Shown here: in pieces, positions 1 through 12,080 of the stretch | How positions within the stretch are numbered: position 1 is the first letter of the stretch | Layout of the letters: each line of letters begins with the position of its first letter | DNA from: Mycoplasmatales bacterium | GTDB lineage: Bacteria; Bacillota_I; Bacilli_A; Mycoplasmatales; MT37 | Reading direction: 5' to 3' | DNA length: 64,000 nt | Assembly: GCA_965196725.1 (NCBI GenBank) | Contig: OZ239770.1 | Span: 130-64,129, forward strand | Notes under the pieces: model-generated | The model's input: only the letters and a program-made list of their open reading frames with translations | What the model was told of the DNA's origin: nothing | Databases searched by the model: none | Program-made: the position numbers and the translations under genes

Positions 1-113
1 CGGAACATCCACAAATTGAAATTTATCTTGCCAAAACACCGGAAGAACTCAATCGCAAAGCATTTATCGTTCCGGGATTAGGTGATGCCGGAGATCGGTT
101 ATTCGGTGAATAA
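1..113 (+). CDS. upp: uracil phosphoribosyltransferase, C-terminal fragment (5' end outside window)
   Basis: Frame 3 reads ...[36 protein letters not shown], then TAA at 111-113. PGLGDAGDR is the conserved UPRTase C-terminal motif. Confidence 0.85.
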   Translation, partial: EHPQIEIYLAKTPEELNRKAFIVPGLGDAGDRLFGE

Positions 114-447
114 AAAACCCCTTTATTGGCGATGGCAAAATTTGATCTTAATCGGATTAATCTGCTTTTTTCTAGCGATATCATACTATCAAAATGATCC
201 CAAGTACCTTTTTACTCTCGCTTTGATGTTGATAAATTACATCGGAATTAATTTAAGTTGACATTATTTTTCCTTCTTATCACTTAAACGGGTTACTAAA
301 GGAAAGCTAGTGCTAGCTTTAATTAGTAAAAATCTGTTTTATCTCCTTCCAATTGTAATTGCATTTTTAGCAAACGGAATTTTTGATCACTACACAATCG
401 CAATTTGTTTTGGAATTTATCTTCTTTTCATAATTTTCAGATTTTAA
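106..447 (+). CDS. small hydrophobic membrane protein (hypothetical)
   Basis: Open frame from GTG 106 (overlapping the upp stop) to TAA 445-447, with one in-frame TGA. Translates [28 protein letters not shown]...[14 protein letters not shown], about 3-4 hydrophobic segments. The start codon is uncertain and no family was recognised. Confidence 0.4.
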
Positions 448-508
448 TGAGAAAAAATGTTATACCTTAAAAATGGTTGTTAATTAAAAACGGAATTGAT
501 CAAAATAG

Positions 509-1549
509 ATGATGATTGCTAAAGCGAAAACATTATTTGAAATTAGAAACAAATATGCTAAAAAACTGCCTGTTTTAAAGCGTGATCATTACATTAATGT
601 TAGTCTAGTTATTTTCTTAACTTTTATTGGTTCTTTCATTTATCAAAACATTGTTAGTGTTAAAATTTACATTCCTGGTTTATATTGAATCCCCCAAACG
701 ATTACTTATTCTTTCCAGGAAAAATTGAAAAGCATTGATGCCCCATTTCGGATGGATATGGTGGTTTTTTATATTGTTGGATTCAGTTTAAACATTCCAC
801 TGTTACTTTTTGCCTATTATAAAATCGACAAACAATACACGCTTTGAACTGGATTTGCTCTTTTAATGTACACCTTTTGGGGTTTGTTTTATAACATCAA
901 TAATCATGATTTTCAAAAAGTTATCAAAAGACTGGAAGGGCATCTTCTTCAACAGGAAGCGGACAGAGTAACAAAAGTTGAGTTCTATTTAACAGCGCTG
1001 GTTGCCGGGATCATTTTAGGAACTGTCACCAGTTTTTTATGAAAACGCGGCATTAGCGGTGGTGGTTTGGATGTCGTTTACACTTATTTGGCAATTAAAC
1101 GCCGGAAACCACTACGGTCACTAACAGTCCCGGTTAGTTTAATAATCGTCTTTTTAAATGTGTTAACAAACACATGAATTTTGGAAAACGATAAGATAGG
1201 AGGCAATCCAATTTACATTTTTTTCTTTTTGGTTAATTCCGCTATTTTTGCTTATGCTTATTCTTATATGCTTGATTATTTTTATCCTAAATTTAACATT
1301 GTTACCCTGGTTGTTTTTTCAGAAAAACTGGATGAAATCAAAGTCAAAATGAAAGATTTTAAGCGCACCGGAACCATTTTTAAGGGAACTGGTCTATACA
1401 AGAAAAAAACCATCAACATTATTCTCATTACCACAACATATCTCGAAAAAACTTTGCTCGTCAAACTAATTCATCAAGCGGATCCAGATGTTTTCATAAC
1501 AGTTTTAAACACCAAAGAAACGCACGGCAATTTTTTCGTTGGTTTCTAA
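509..1549 (+). CDS. YitT-family membrane protein (DUF2179 C-terminal domain)
   Basis: ATG 509 joins to ORF 1181..1549 through in-frame TGAs. It has a polytopic N-terminal part with GGGLDVVY. The C-terminal part ...VTLVVFSEKLDEIKVKMKDFKRTGTIFKGTGLYKKK...ITVLNTKETHGNFF resembles the YitT/DUF2179 layout. Confidence 0.75.
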
Positions 1550-1609
1550 ATCGAAAACCAGCGGCGGCATGTAATATAATAACTACTGTTTATTTTAAGA
1601 AACAAAAGC

Positions 1610-2953
1610 ATGAAAAATATTTTTGAAATCCTTAATCAACCGCGTGTTTTTAGCGGGCGTACCATCATAATCATGGGTTGAATTAAATATAATCGGTTTA
1701 GCAAAAGGATTGGTTTTATTAGTTTAAATGATGGCACAACAATTCGTGATTTACAAATTGTCTATAAAAAGGAAATACTTGCCAACTTTGCTCTCATTGC
1801 CAAATTACCAATCCATAGTGCAATTAAAGTGCAAGGGCAATTAGTTAAAAGTGCCCCAAATGCCGAACAAGTATACGAATTGGAAGCAAAACAAGTTGTG
1901 ATAATCCAAAAAGCGGCAAGTGATTATCCTCTCCAAAAAAAGGCACATCGAAAAGAATTTTTTCGCGAAAAAAGTCACCTAAGGATTCAAAATCGCCTCT
2001 TTCAAGCAATTCATTTGCTGCGAAACAGCGCAGTACAAGCAATTCATGCTTTTTTTAGCAAGAAACGGTTTTATTGACTGCATGGTCCGATTATTACGCA
2101 AAATGATTGCGAAGGCGGCGGGGAAGCTTTTCTGGTCAACGATCAACTAACCAAAAAATGATTCTTTGGCAAAGAAAGTCGTCTAACTGTTAGTGCTCAA
2201 TTACATGCGGAAGCATTTGCTCAGGGTTTAAAACAAGTTTATACATTTGGGCCAACATTTCGCGCGGAAAAAAGCAACACGCGGTTTCATGCCGCTGAAT
2301 TTTGAATGTTAGAACCGGAAATGGCGTTTGCTAAATTAAATGATGGTATGCAACTCGCCGAACAATTGTTAAAAGCAATTGTTAAACATCTTTTAAAACA
2401 TGAGCAAACAACCTTACTTTGATTGGGAAAACGCACGAATTGTGATTTAGTTGCTCGGCTGCAAAATAGTATTGCCAATAAGTTTGTGAAAATCAGTTAT
2501 CAAAACGCTTTAGACCAACTGAATAAAAGCACCAACAATCACCTGAAATTTGGTGCCGAATTAGGGCGCGAGGAAGAACGAGCATTGGCGGAAACAATCT
2601 TTAAGCGTCCGGTCATTGTTTATGATTATCCACGGGAACAAAAAGCTTTTTATATGAAAGCGAACCCCGATGGTAAAACGGTGCGCGGGTTTGATATTCT
2701 TTTTCCACAAATTGGCGAAGTAGTTGGAGGCGGAGAACGCGAAACTAGTTATGTGAACTTAGTCACCCGGGCAAAAGAATTAGAATTGGATACAACGAAT
2801 TTAGCATGATATTTAGAATTAAGAAAGTATGGGTATGCGCCATCGGTGGGGTTTGGTCTAGGATTTGATCGCTTTTTAATGTACTTGACCGGAATGGATA
2901 ATATTCGTGATGTTGTTCCGTTCTACCAAGGATTTAAAAGCTTAAAATACTAA
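1610..2953 (+). CDS. asnS: asparaginyl-tRNA synthetase
   Basis: ATG 1610 to TAA 2951-2953, joining fragments 1829..2077 and 2423..2809 via TGA. Class II motifs are present: [39 protein letters not shown] and GFGLGFDR. Confidence 0.9.
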
Positions 2954-2962
2954 AAAAGAACA

Positions 2963-3970
2963 ATGAACAGCAAAAATATATTGCAATTTAGTTTAAATAA
3001 AAACAAAAAGTGAGAACAGATTAGTAAATTAATTAAAAAATTTAAAATTATTTACATTATTGGGCACAGTAATCCGGATGGGGATAGTTTAGGATCACAA
3101 TTTGCCCTTCGCAATGTGATCAAAATAAATTTTGGGCATAAAAAAATTTATACCCCATTAAAAGGATCGGTGGCAAACGAAAAATGAACATTTAAAATCA
3201 CCAACAACGATCCGGAACCGGATCAACTGGCACTGGAAAAAGATCTAATTATTTTAGTTGATGTCAATAATCCTAAGCGAACTGATTTTCCGCAAATTGC
3301 CCAAGCGAAAAATTTAATTATTATTGATCATCATATTGTTAATCCCCATCATTTACCAAGCCATTTAACGGCATGAATTGAAGCAAAAGCCAGTTCAGTT
3401 TGCGAAATGATTGCTCGCTTTTTAATGTGGCAAAAGTGACAAATGAATCAAGAAATTAGCAATGCTTTATTAACAGGGATTATTACTGATACTGGGAATT
3501 TAAAATTTAATTCAACCAAAGCGGAAACTTTCTTTATTGTCGGATGATTAATTTTGAAGAAAGGACAGCTGGTTGAAATTCATAATCGAATTAATCATTT
3601 GAGTAAAAACGATGTAGCGGTTTTTCAGTTTTTTCAAAAAAATTATGTTGATGCCAAAACATTTAAATACTTTGCTTTTAAACCGAAAGATAAAGCAAAT
3701 TTACCATGAGTCAATGAAACCTATCAGTTTAAACGGTATTTACATTTTTTAAAAAATATCGATGAAACTAAAATTTGCGCGACTTTCTTACAGTTTAAAG
3801 AAGGTGGCGAAATTCATTGTTCTTTGCGCAGTAAAAAAATTGATGTCAATTCAATTGCCCAACGGTTTGGTGGCGGCGGACATCGCTTAGCAAGCGGAAT
3901 CAAACTAAAAAGCTGATTGCGTGTTGAAGCATTAATTGATGAGATTAAAGGAACGCTCAATCATGTTTAA
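2963..3970 (+). CDS. DHH-family phosphoesterase (NrnA-like nanoRNase/pAp phosphatase)
   Basis: Translates MNSKNIL...IIGHSNPDGDSLGSQFAL...IIIDHH...GIITDTGNLKF...RFGGGGHRLASG. The DHH and DHHA1 (GGGGH) motifs are present. Several TGA codons are read as Trp. Confidence 0.8.
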
Positions 3971-4574
3971 TAATTTAGATTTGATTCAAACAGGTCTTTT
4001 AACTGTCATTTGTGGACCAATGTTTGCCGGGAAAACAGAAGAATTAATTCGCAAAATTAATGTCTTAAAACGAGCCGGCAAAAAGGTGATTGTTTTTCTT
4101 CCGCAACTGGCGGAACGTTATCAAAAAGACAAAATTGTTTCTCATGACCAAAGAAGTATCAAAGCTTGTTTAATTTCAACCCCAAAAGAAATGCAAGTCT
4201 ATTTACAAGCGGTAAAATATGATGCCATTTGTTTTGATGAAGTACAATTTTTTTCCAATCAGTTTTTTAAACCAATTTTAGAGTTGGTGAAAAAACAAAA
4301 GATTGTTATTTGTGGCGGATTGGAAAAAGATAATTATGCGCAATATCAAGGATTATTGGCAAAACTTTTAGTCCGCGCTGATGTTGTTTTAAAATTAAGT
4401 TCGATTTGCGCTAAATGCAACGGCTTAGCAACCCGAACGCAAAGAATTAGCAAAACTGGTGAAGCGGTCAATACCTTTAAACCGAAAATTTTAATTGGCA
4501 GCAACGAACATTATCAAGCACGGTGCAATCGCTGTTTCGTTGAGTTTATCAAAGATGAAGAAAAAACTTGATAA
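3963..4574 (+). CDS. tdk: thymidine kinase (paralog 1)
   Basis: Translates MFNNLDLIQTGLLTVICGPMFAGKTEELIRK... It has a P-loop, FDEVQFF, and the zinc-ribbon cysteines CAKCNG...CNRCF. The ATG overlaps the preceding stop (ATGTTTAA). The true stop is TAA 4572-4574, after a terminal TGA (Trp). Confidence 0.9.
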
Positions 4575-5619
4575 TAAACTATTAGCAGTTTGAAAAGAAT
4601 ATTTAGCATTAAAAAGGCGCTTGAAAGAGCCGAAAGTTTTGCAAAACATTGCGCTTTTTACGACTTTATCACAAAAACTTAAACCATTAACAGTGGGCGG
4701 GAATTTGTTGGATCAAAAACACAAATTAGAACAAACAATTAAAGAGCTAGAAGAATTAGGTCAAGATGTTGACCTTCAAAATGAAGTGGCAAAAGAAAAA
4801 ACCCAACTCGAAGCCAAACTGGATAATTTGGAAAGCAAAATTAAGGATTGATGATTAAATTACCAACAAGCACAATTTACGGTTGCAAGCGTCATTCTTG
4901 AATTACGATCTGCCACCGGCGGTGATGAAGCAAGTTTGTTTGTTGCTGATGTATGCGAAATGTATCTTAATTATTTTAAGAAAACAAATTGAGAATTCAA
5001 AATTCTTGAACAGCGCAAAAACAGCGGTGGTGGATATAATTATGTTGTTTTGCGAATAAATAGTCGGGAAGCATTTAATAAATTACGGTTTGAAGGCGGC
5101 GTCCATCGAGTTCAAAGAGTTCCTAAAACAGAAACGCAAGGAAGGGTTCATACTTCAACAATTACAGTGGCCGTCTTAGAAAAAGTAACCGAGAAAAAGT
5201 TTCCGCTGGCGGCAAAAGATTTACGGATTGATACTTTTCGGAGCAGTGGTGCCGGTGGACAATCGGTTAATACAACTGATTCAGCAGTTCGAATTGTTCA
5301 TCTTCCCACCGGCATGAAGGTTAGTTGCCAAGACGGGCGTTCTCAACACGATAATAAAGAACGGGCAATGGAAGTTTTACGCGCCCGTCTTTACAAACAG
5401 CAACAAGAATCAAATCTGGAAAAAAGTCAAAGTCACCGGCAAAAACAAATTGGGGCGGGGATGCGAAGCGAAAAAATTAGAACCTATAATTATCCGCAAA
5501 ACCGGATTACTGATCATCGCATCAAAACTAGTTTTAGCGGGATTGAGCAAATTATGAATGGGAACTTAGAAAAAATTATTACCCAATTGCAACTCAAATT
5601 AAGCATGGATCATGGCTAA
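4555..5619 (+). CDS. prfA: peptide chain release factor 1
   Basis: ATG 4555 (20-nt overlap with tdk) is in frame with ORFs 4621..4851 and 5050..5619. It contains RVQRVPKTETQGRVHTSTITVAVL and the GGQ motif in RSSGAGGQSVNTTDSAVRIVHLPTG. Confidence 0.95.
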
Positions 5620-6262
5620 AAAAATCTTTTTCTATCGGCACACTTTCATTGTTAATAACAATGTTTTTCAACCACGGTTTGAAACAGAACAACTGGTTGA
5701 TTTAACCACTCGTTACATTAAAAGTTGGTTTAAAAAACCGGATCGCCTTTTGGAAATTGGGGTGGGAAGCGGGGTGATTGCCTTATCATTAAAAAATCTT
5801 TTACCCGCATGAACAGTTGATGCGGTTGATATCAATGAACAAGCATTGGCAAATACCAAATTAAATCAACAAGCGTTGAAATTGGTTATTAATTGTTGAA
5901 AAAGCGATTTGTTTCAAAAAATTAACAAACAATATAGTGTCATTGTTGCTAATTTACCATATCTTCAAACTGGTGAGATGGTTAGTCAAACTGTTTTGGA
6001 TCAAGATCCGTATACAGCTTTGTTTGGCGGGGCAAGCGGACTAAAATATATCGAAGCGTTCTTAAGACAAGTGAAACCTTTTTTAAAATCACGTTTTTTA
6101 ATTGGATTGGAAATCGGCAATCGCCAAAAACAGGCGGTGTTGGATTTAATCAAAAAATATCTTCCTGATGTCTGTACATTGGCACAAAAAGATTACAATC
6201 AATTGGACCGGTTTATTTTCATTTATAACTATGTTGCTGACGAATCAAAAAACAATCATTAA
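5612..6262 (+). CDS. prmC: release-factor glutamine N5-methyltransferase (PrmC/HemK-like), short form
   Basis: Located immediately after prfA. It has the SAM-binding motif LEIGVGSGVIAL and the catalytic tetrapeptide position reads NLPY (canonical NPPY). Fragments 5612..5812 and 5909..6262 join via TGA. Confidence 0.8.
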
Positions 6263-6770
6263 AGCATTGCAGGCAAAGCAAATTGGCTTAATTCCAACCG
6301 ATACGATTTATGGTCTGGTAGCTTTATACTCGGAAGCAAAAGCGGTAAAAAGAATTTATCAATTAAAACAGCGCGCTTTAACTCAATTGCCAATTATTCT
6401 GGTTGCCAATTGGAAACAGGCGAAAAAACTGGCACAAATTAATCAAGCAATTCAAAAATGAGAACAACGGCAAACAACCCCAACCACGTTAATTTTACCA
6501 AAGCGAACCACGGAGTTTCAAGCGTTAAAATTTTGAAAAGTGGAAACAGTTGGATTACGAATTGTGAGATGAAGTTGATTAAAAACCATTTTACGTGCCA
6601 CAGGGCCACTGATTGCAACCAGTTGTAATCGCAGCGGGGAAAAACCTTTAACTACTTGAAAGCAACTCGGAAAATGAAGGCAAAAAGTTGATTTTAGTGT
6701 CAAAAAAACTGCTGTTGGAAAAAGCGCATCACGAATTTATGATTGAAAACAGCAGCAATTTATTCGGTAA
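6231..6770 (+). CDS. tsaC: L-threonylcarbamoyladenylate synthase (YrdC/TsaC domain)
   Basis: Translates MLLTNQKTIIKALQAKQIGLIPTDTIYGLVA...TSCNRSGEKPL... PTDTxYGL and SxNxSG are YrdC-domain signatures. TAA is at 6768-6770, abutting the fusA stop. Confidence 0.75.
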
Positions 6771-8864
6771 TTAATTTTTGCGCAGGGAAAAAGCACTGTT
6801 TTTAATGATTGCTTCCGCAATTGTCTGCGGCGCTTTTTCGTAAGAAGCAAACTGCATAACATAATTACCACGACCCTGCGTAAAGGAACGCAGATTAGTA
6901 GCATAGTTAAACATTTCTTGTAATGGAACCAACGCGGTAATTGCTTGTAGACCACTAATTTCGGTTGTATTTTCCACTCGTGCCCGGCGGGAAGCTAAAT
7001 CACCAATCACATCCCCATAATATTCTTTTGGTGTTGTGACATCAACTTTCATAATTGGTTCCAAAATATGAACCGGAATATGCTCTTTAATTTGTTGTAA
7101 TGCTAACGCGGCAGCTGTTTTAAAGGCAAATTCCGAAGAGTCAACTTCATGGAATGATCCATCATATAACGTTGCCTGGACATTAATTAACGGATAACCA
7201 GCAATAACGCCGCGTTTCATATTATTAAGCAATGAATCTTCAATTGGTTTAATGTATTCCCGGGGAATGCGGCCGCCGGTAATTTTATTGGTAAACTGAT
7301 TGCCGTTTTGACCATTGGAAGCAAATTTAATTAAAACATGCCCATACTGGCCACGACCACCGGATTGGCGAATATATTTGCCTTCCGTTTCTACTTGGTC
7401 GTAAATTGTTTCTCGATAAGAAACTTGGGGAACACCAACGTTGACATCAACTCGAAATTCACGCTTTAACCGGTCAACAATAATTTCTAAATGTAATTCA
7501 CCCATGCCAGAAATAACCATTTGGTTGGTTTCGTAATTCATCCGGGCATGAAAAGTAGGGTCTTCTTCGGCTAATTTTTGTAGGGAAAGACTCATTTTTT
7601 CCTGATCAGCTTTCGTTTTTGGTTCTAAAGCAAGCGAAATAACTGGTTCTGGAAATTCCATTTTTTCCAACCGTAAGTCCTGTTCCATTGCGGCAATTGT
7701 TTCACCGGTAATCGTTTTTCGCAACCCAATAATCCCAACGATATCACCGGCGGAAGCACTTTGAATATCAGTTCGACTATTAGAATGAATTTGCATTAAA
7801 CGTCCGATCCGTTCTTTGACATTTTTATTGGTGTTTAAAACATATGAACCGGACTTTAAAGTTCCGGAATAAATCCGGCAAAAGGCCATTTTACCAACAA
7901 ATGGATCTGTCATTAATTTAAAAACTAACCCCACAAAGGGTGCTTTTTCATCCGGTTGGATCATGGTAGTTTCACTATTGGAAGTTAAAGCTTTTGTTGG
8001 TTCAACTTCAAGCGGCGAAGGCAGATAATCAATAACAGCATCAAGCAAAAACCGCACCCCTTTGTTTTTAAAAGAACTACCAAGTAAAACGGGAAATAAC
8101 TGATTTTTGAGCGTTGCACGGCGTAAAACTGCTCGTAATTTAGCGGGAGGAACTGATTTATTATCAAGAAAAGCCAGCATTAATTCATCATCAAAATGGG
8201 CTAATTGTTCAAGCAATTGATGGTGATATTTAACTGCTTCAGCTTTAAATTCAGAGGCAATTTCACTAACAGTAACATCTTCATTTGGCTTATCAGAAGT
8301 ATAAAGATATTGTTTCATGGCAATTAAATCAATAATGCCGCGAAACTGACTTTCTCTTCCAATTGCTAATTGGATTAAACAAGGTTCGACATTTAAACGA
8401 GTTTTGATTGTTTGAACAGCTTGAAAAGGATCAGCTCCTAATTTATCCATTTTGTTCAAAAAGAAAATCCGCGGAACATTATGCTTGGTTGCTTGTCTTC
8501 AAACAGTTTCCGTTTGGGGTTCGATTCCAACTTGGGCATCTAAAACAACAATTGCCCCGTCTAAAACACGCAGCGAACGTTCGACTTCAACGGTAAAATC
8601 AACGTGGCCGGGGGTATCAATAATATTAATCGTATGAACGACATGATCGGTTTTTTTTCAGGTAACAGTTGTTGCGGCGGCGGTGATTGTAATTCCGCGT
8701 TCGCGCTCCTGTTCCATTCAATCCATTTGCGTTTTTCCCTGGTCAATATCATAAACCCGCCCGATGCGTTCGGTTAGAAAGAGAATCCGTTCGGTGGTTG
8801 TTGTTTTGCCGGCATCAATATGCGCCATGATACCAATATTGCGAAGGTGAGCAAGTTTTTTCAT
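6771..8864 (-). CDS. fusA: elongation factor G
   Basis: ATG is at 8864. The N-terminus reads [28 protein letters not shown]...DTPGHVDF...NKMDK and joins ORF 6771..8459 via TGA. Full-length EF-G similarity throughout. Confidence 0.97.
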
Positions 8865-8873
8865 GGTTGATAA

Positions 8874-9344
8874 CTATCAAGAAAAGTGCGAAAAGGCTTT
8901 GTTGGCTTCAGCCATTCGCTGAATATTTTGTTTCTTTTTAATTGCGTTGCCTTCTTTACGGAAGGAATTAATGATTTCGTTTTCTAAACTTGATAGAAAG
9001 GTTTGCCCGCGGTTTTGTTTGGCCGCTTCAATCAGTCAACGTAAAGCAAGTGTCTCCTGCCGTTGGACGGAAACTAACACCGGCACTTGATAATTAGCAC
9101 CACCAATTTTTCGGGATTTTAACTCAACTTCCGGCTTCAGATTATCAATTGATTGTTGTAAAAAAGCGAGCGGGGTTGTTTGGTGTTTTTGTTTAATATG
9201 ATTTAAAACAGCGTAAACAATTTTGGTGGCTTTCAATTTTTGGCCGCGACGCATAACAAAATTAATAAGACGCGCAACCAACGGTGAATTGTATAACGGA
9301 TCAGGGTGGAGAACTCTTTTTTCAACTTTTAATTTTTTACGCAT
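8874..9344 (-). CDS. rpsG: 30S ribosomal protein S7
   Basis: ORF 9036..9344 (MRKKLKVEKRVLHPDPLYNS...) extends through TGA to ...ANKAFSHFSW, then TAG at 8874-8876. It sits in the classic str-operon position. Confidence 0.95.
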
Positions 9345-9350
9345 AATAAA

Positions 9351-9764
9351 CTAACTTTTTGGACGTTTCACGCCATAACGAGAACGAGAAGAACGCCGGT
9401 TTTGAACACCGGCGGTATCTAAAACACCACGCACAACTTTATAGTTAACACTGTTTAAATCTGGCACCCGTCCACCACAGACAAGCACGGTAGAGTGTTC
9501 CTGTAAATTGTGTCCTTCGCCAGGAATATAAGCGGTTACTTCTTTCCCGTTGGAGAGAAAAACCCGAGCATATTTTCTTAAAGCAGAGTTGGGTTTCTTT
9601 GGTGTCATTGTTCCCACTTTGACACAAACACCACGTTTTTGGGGTGATTTTTGGTGCTTAACTTTTTTATTCAAACTATTTTTTCAAATCCGTAGAAGTG
9701 GCGTGGCAGGTTTGACGACCTTGCGCTTACGACCGGAACGAATCAATTGATTAATAGTTGGCAT
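9351..9764 (-). CDS. rpsL: 30S ribosomal protein S12
   Basis: ATG is at 9764. Translates [27 protein letters not shown]... and joins ORF 9351..9674 (...[26 protein letters not shown]...). Confidence 0.95.
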
Positions 9765-9807
9765 AAAAAAGAATAATTAATTATCTTTAAGAATAATATG
9801 AGTAAAT

Positions 9808-9816
9808 ATTTTACCA
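9808..9816 (-). promoter_or_regulatory. putative extended -10 promoter element for the rpsL-rpsG-fusA operon
   Basis: The minus strand reads TGGTAAAAT (TGnTAnAAT), about 43 nt upstream of the rpsL ATG, in the 60-nt gap after tdk paralog 2. Confidence 0.4.
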
Positions 9817-9824
9817 AAGAATTC

Positions 9825-10451
9825 TTAAATTTTGGCATAAATATCTTGATGAGGAAAAAACTTAAAGCAGGCGCGGCACCGAGCTTCATAAACATCAGCA
9901 CCACCAACCACATTTGTAATTTGGTTGGGAGAAACTTCTTGCCGAGTTTGCGGATCAACCCGTTGCGTTTTGGTGGCTAAATTACCACATTTAAAACAAG
10001 CAGCATAAAGTTTAATCAAAATATCAGCAAATGATAAAAGAATCATCATTGTCGTAAACAATTGATCATTAAAACCCTTATCTAATCCAGCACATAAAAC
10101 ATTTTGGCCGGTTTGCACCAATTTGTTGATGTAATAAGCAAATTCAGGGGGAAAAAATTGCATTTCATCAAAAGCAAGAACATCATATTGATGCGTTGTT
10201 AAATGATTTTTCAATTGCGCTAAATCAGTTACCAAAAATGCTTCCATATTAATATGTGAATGGGTTTCAACGAGTTTTTTTTGATCATTCGAACTTATTT
10301 TGCGACGATCAAAAAACGGCTTAAAAACAGCGACTTTTTTCTTGGCCAAACGTAAAATATTCACCTTGCGAATTAAAGTTTCTGTTTTGCCAGCAAACAT
10401 ACACCCACAGATCACTTCTAAAATTCCACTGGTTTGACTAAAATTTAACAT
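9825..10451 (-). CDS. tdk: thymidine kinase (paralog 2)
   Basis: Complete ORF with no TGA. It has VICGCMFAGKTETLIRK (P-loop), FDEMQFF, and CFKCGN...CRACF (zinc ribbon). It is strongly diverged from paralog 1. Confidence 0.9.
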   Translation of the reverse strand: MLNFSQTSGILEVICGCMFAGKTETLIRKVNILRLAKKKVAVFKPFFDRRKISSNDQKKLVETHSHINMEAFLVTDLAQLKNHLTTHQYDVLAFDEMQFFPPEFAYYINKLVQTGQNVLCAGLDKGFNDQLFTTMMILLSFADILIKLYAACFKCGNLATKTQRVDPQTRQEVSPNQITNVVGGADVYEARCRACFKFFPHQDIYAKI

Positions 10452-12079
10452 GCTTTTCTCATTTTAACGATTTTCTGCTGAAAATGGGACTTGATTTTGG
10501 TAAGAATAACTTGAGCTTGCGAAGCGACTTTAGCAAGCGCGGTAAAATAAACTTTAAAAATGGGTTCGGTGGCGGAAAAACGTAATGCAACTTGAGCTTG
10601 ATTACTCAGCTCAAGAACCAATAAACGGAATTTAATTGAGCGGGGAAAGAAGTGCCGTTTAATAATTTTGTAACCACCCAAACGTTGTCATTGTTCGATG
10701 CTTTTAAGCAGGACGGAAAAACTTAACTCTGTTTGCCGGAGAGAAAAACGAAGTTGCGCATAAAAATAATAACTAAACTGTTGGTAAATTTTTGCTAAAT
10801 AATCAGCAAGGGTTAAGTTTTTTTGTTGGGCTAAATAGTTGGCAATTTCGGCAATTGTTTGGGCGGTGAAAATACCGTCCTTGTAACGATTAACAGTTAA
10901 ACTGGGAATAAAACCAAGCGATTCTTCAAAGGCAAATAAAAATTGGTCGGGGACTTTCATATAAGCAAGCGCTAAATTGGTCGGTCCGGTTTCGGTGGTA
11001 AGAATTGGTTGGTGAAAATGGTTGGCAATTCGGTCAATTAATGGCGTCGAAACCCAACTACGATAAATTCTCCCCTTTCACTTCATTTCATGGAGATAAA
11101 AATAGGTAATAATCGTTGCAATTTCATTTCCATGCAAAAGGTTTCAGGTTTTAGAAGCTTGCACCGCAATCCGCACCCGATCACCGTCACAATCTTGGGC
11201 AATTAAAAGCGCATGTTTAGATAGATTGACCTGCGTGGCTGCTGTTTTGAGCAAATGAAAAGTTTGATCATGTTCTGGGTTGGGATCTTGAAGGGTGGGA
11301 AATTGCGGATCAAAATCATGCTGGGATGGAATAATTGTGACCTTAAATTTGCGTTGTTTTAAAAAGTGATCAGTTCAATTAGCGGTTGTTCCATGTAAGG
11401 CGGAAAAGAAGAGGGGAATTGTTTTGGGAGTTTTGGCAAACCGGGCAAGAAAAGCATTTTGGTCTTCAAAATAACTCCTTTTATAGGAAGGTGATAAGAA
11501 ATGTGGTGACTGATAGGAAACCGAAAGGTTTAAATAACGAACAGCATTGGAACGCAGTAAGCGATGAAAAGTAGTTAAGGTGGTTTGGTTAAGCCCAATT
11601 CCTCTGTGATCAAACAACTTACAACCATTATAATTGGCAAAACAATGACTGGCTGTGATCATCATGCCACCAATAAAATTATAATGCTGCAAAAGGTAAG
11701 TAAGAAAAGGAGTTGGCGCAAAACGATGCTCGTAATCAGTTGTATAAGCGACAAAATTAAATTGCTTGGCCAAAGCAATACAAAGCGCTTTTGCTTCCTG
11801 ACTTAAATGACGTTGATCAGCAAAAATGAGAACTTTTCCCTCGGCATATTGACGTTGCAAAAGTTCAAATCAGGCGGCGGCGATTTGTTTCATTGTGTAC
11901 AAATTAAAACTGTCACTTCCTAATTCAATCGGTCGTCGCCATCCGGAACTATTCATGCGAATTAGTTGCTGAAAACGTTGAGCTTGAAGTTTAGGATCTA
12001 ATTGCAATAATGCGGCGCGATCGGTTGGAGTTAAACTATTGGAGTTTAACCAGTCTAACAATAACGGCGCCTGTTTCAT
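10445..12079 (-). CDS. alpha-D-phosphohexomutase family enzyme (phosphoglucomutase / phosphomannomutase / possible phosphopentomutase)
   Basis: Four same-frame fragments (10445.., 10688.., 11375.., 11870..) join via TGA. The phosphoserine loop reads GGMMITASHCFANYNGCK and the metal loop reads DCDGDR. ATG 12079 lies 2 nt from the upstream stop. Confidence 0.8.
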
Positions 12080-12080
12080 T

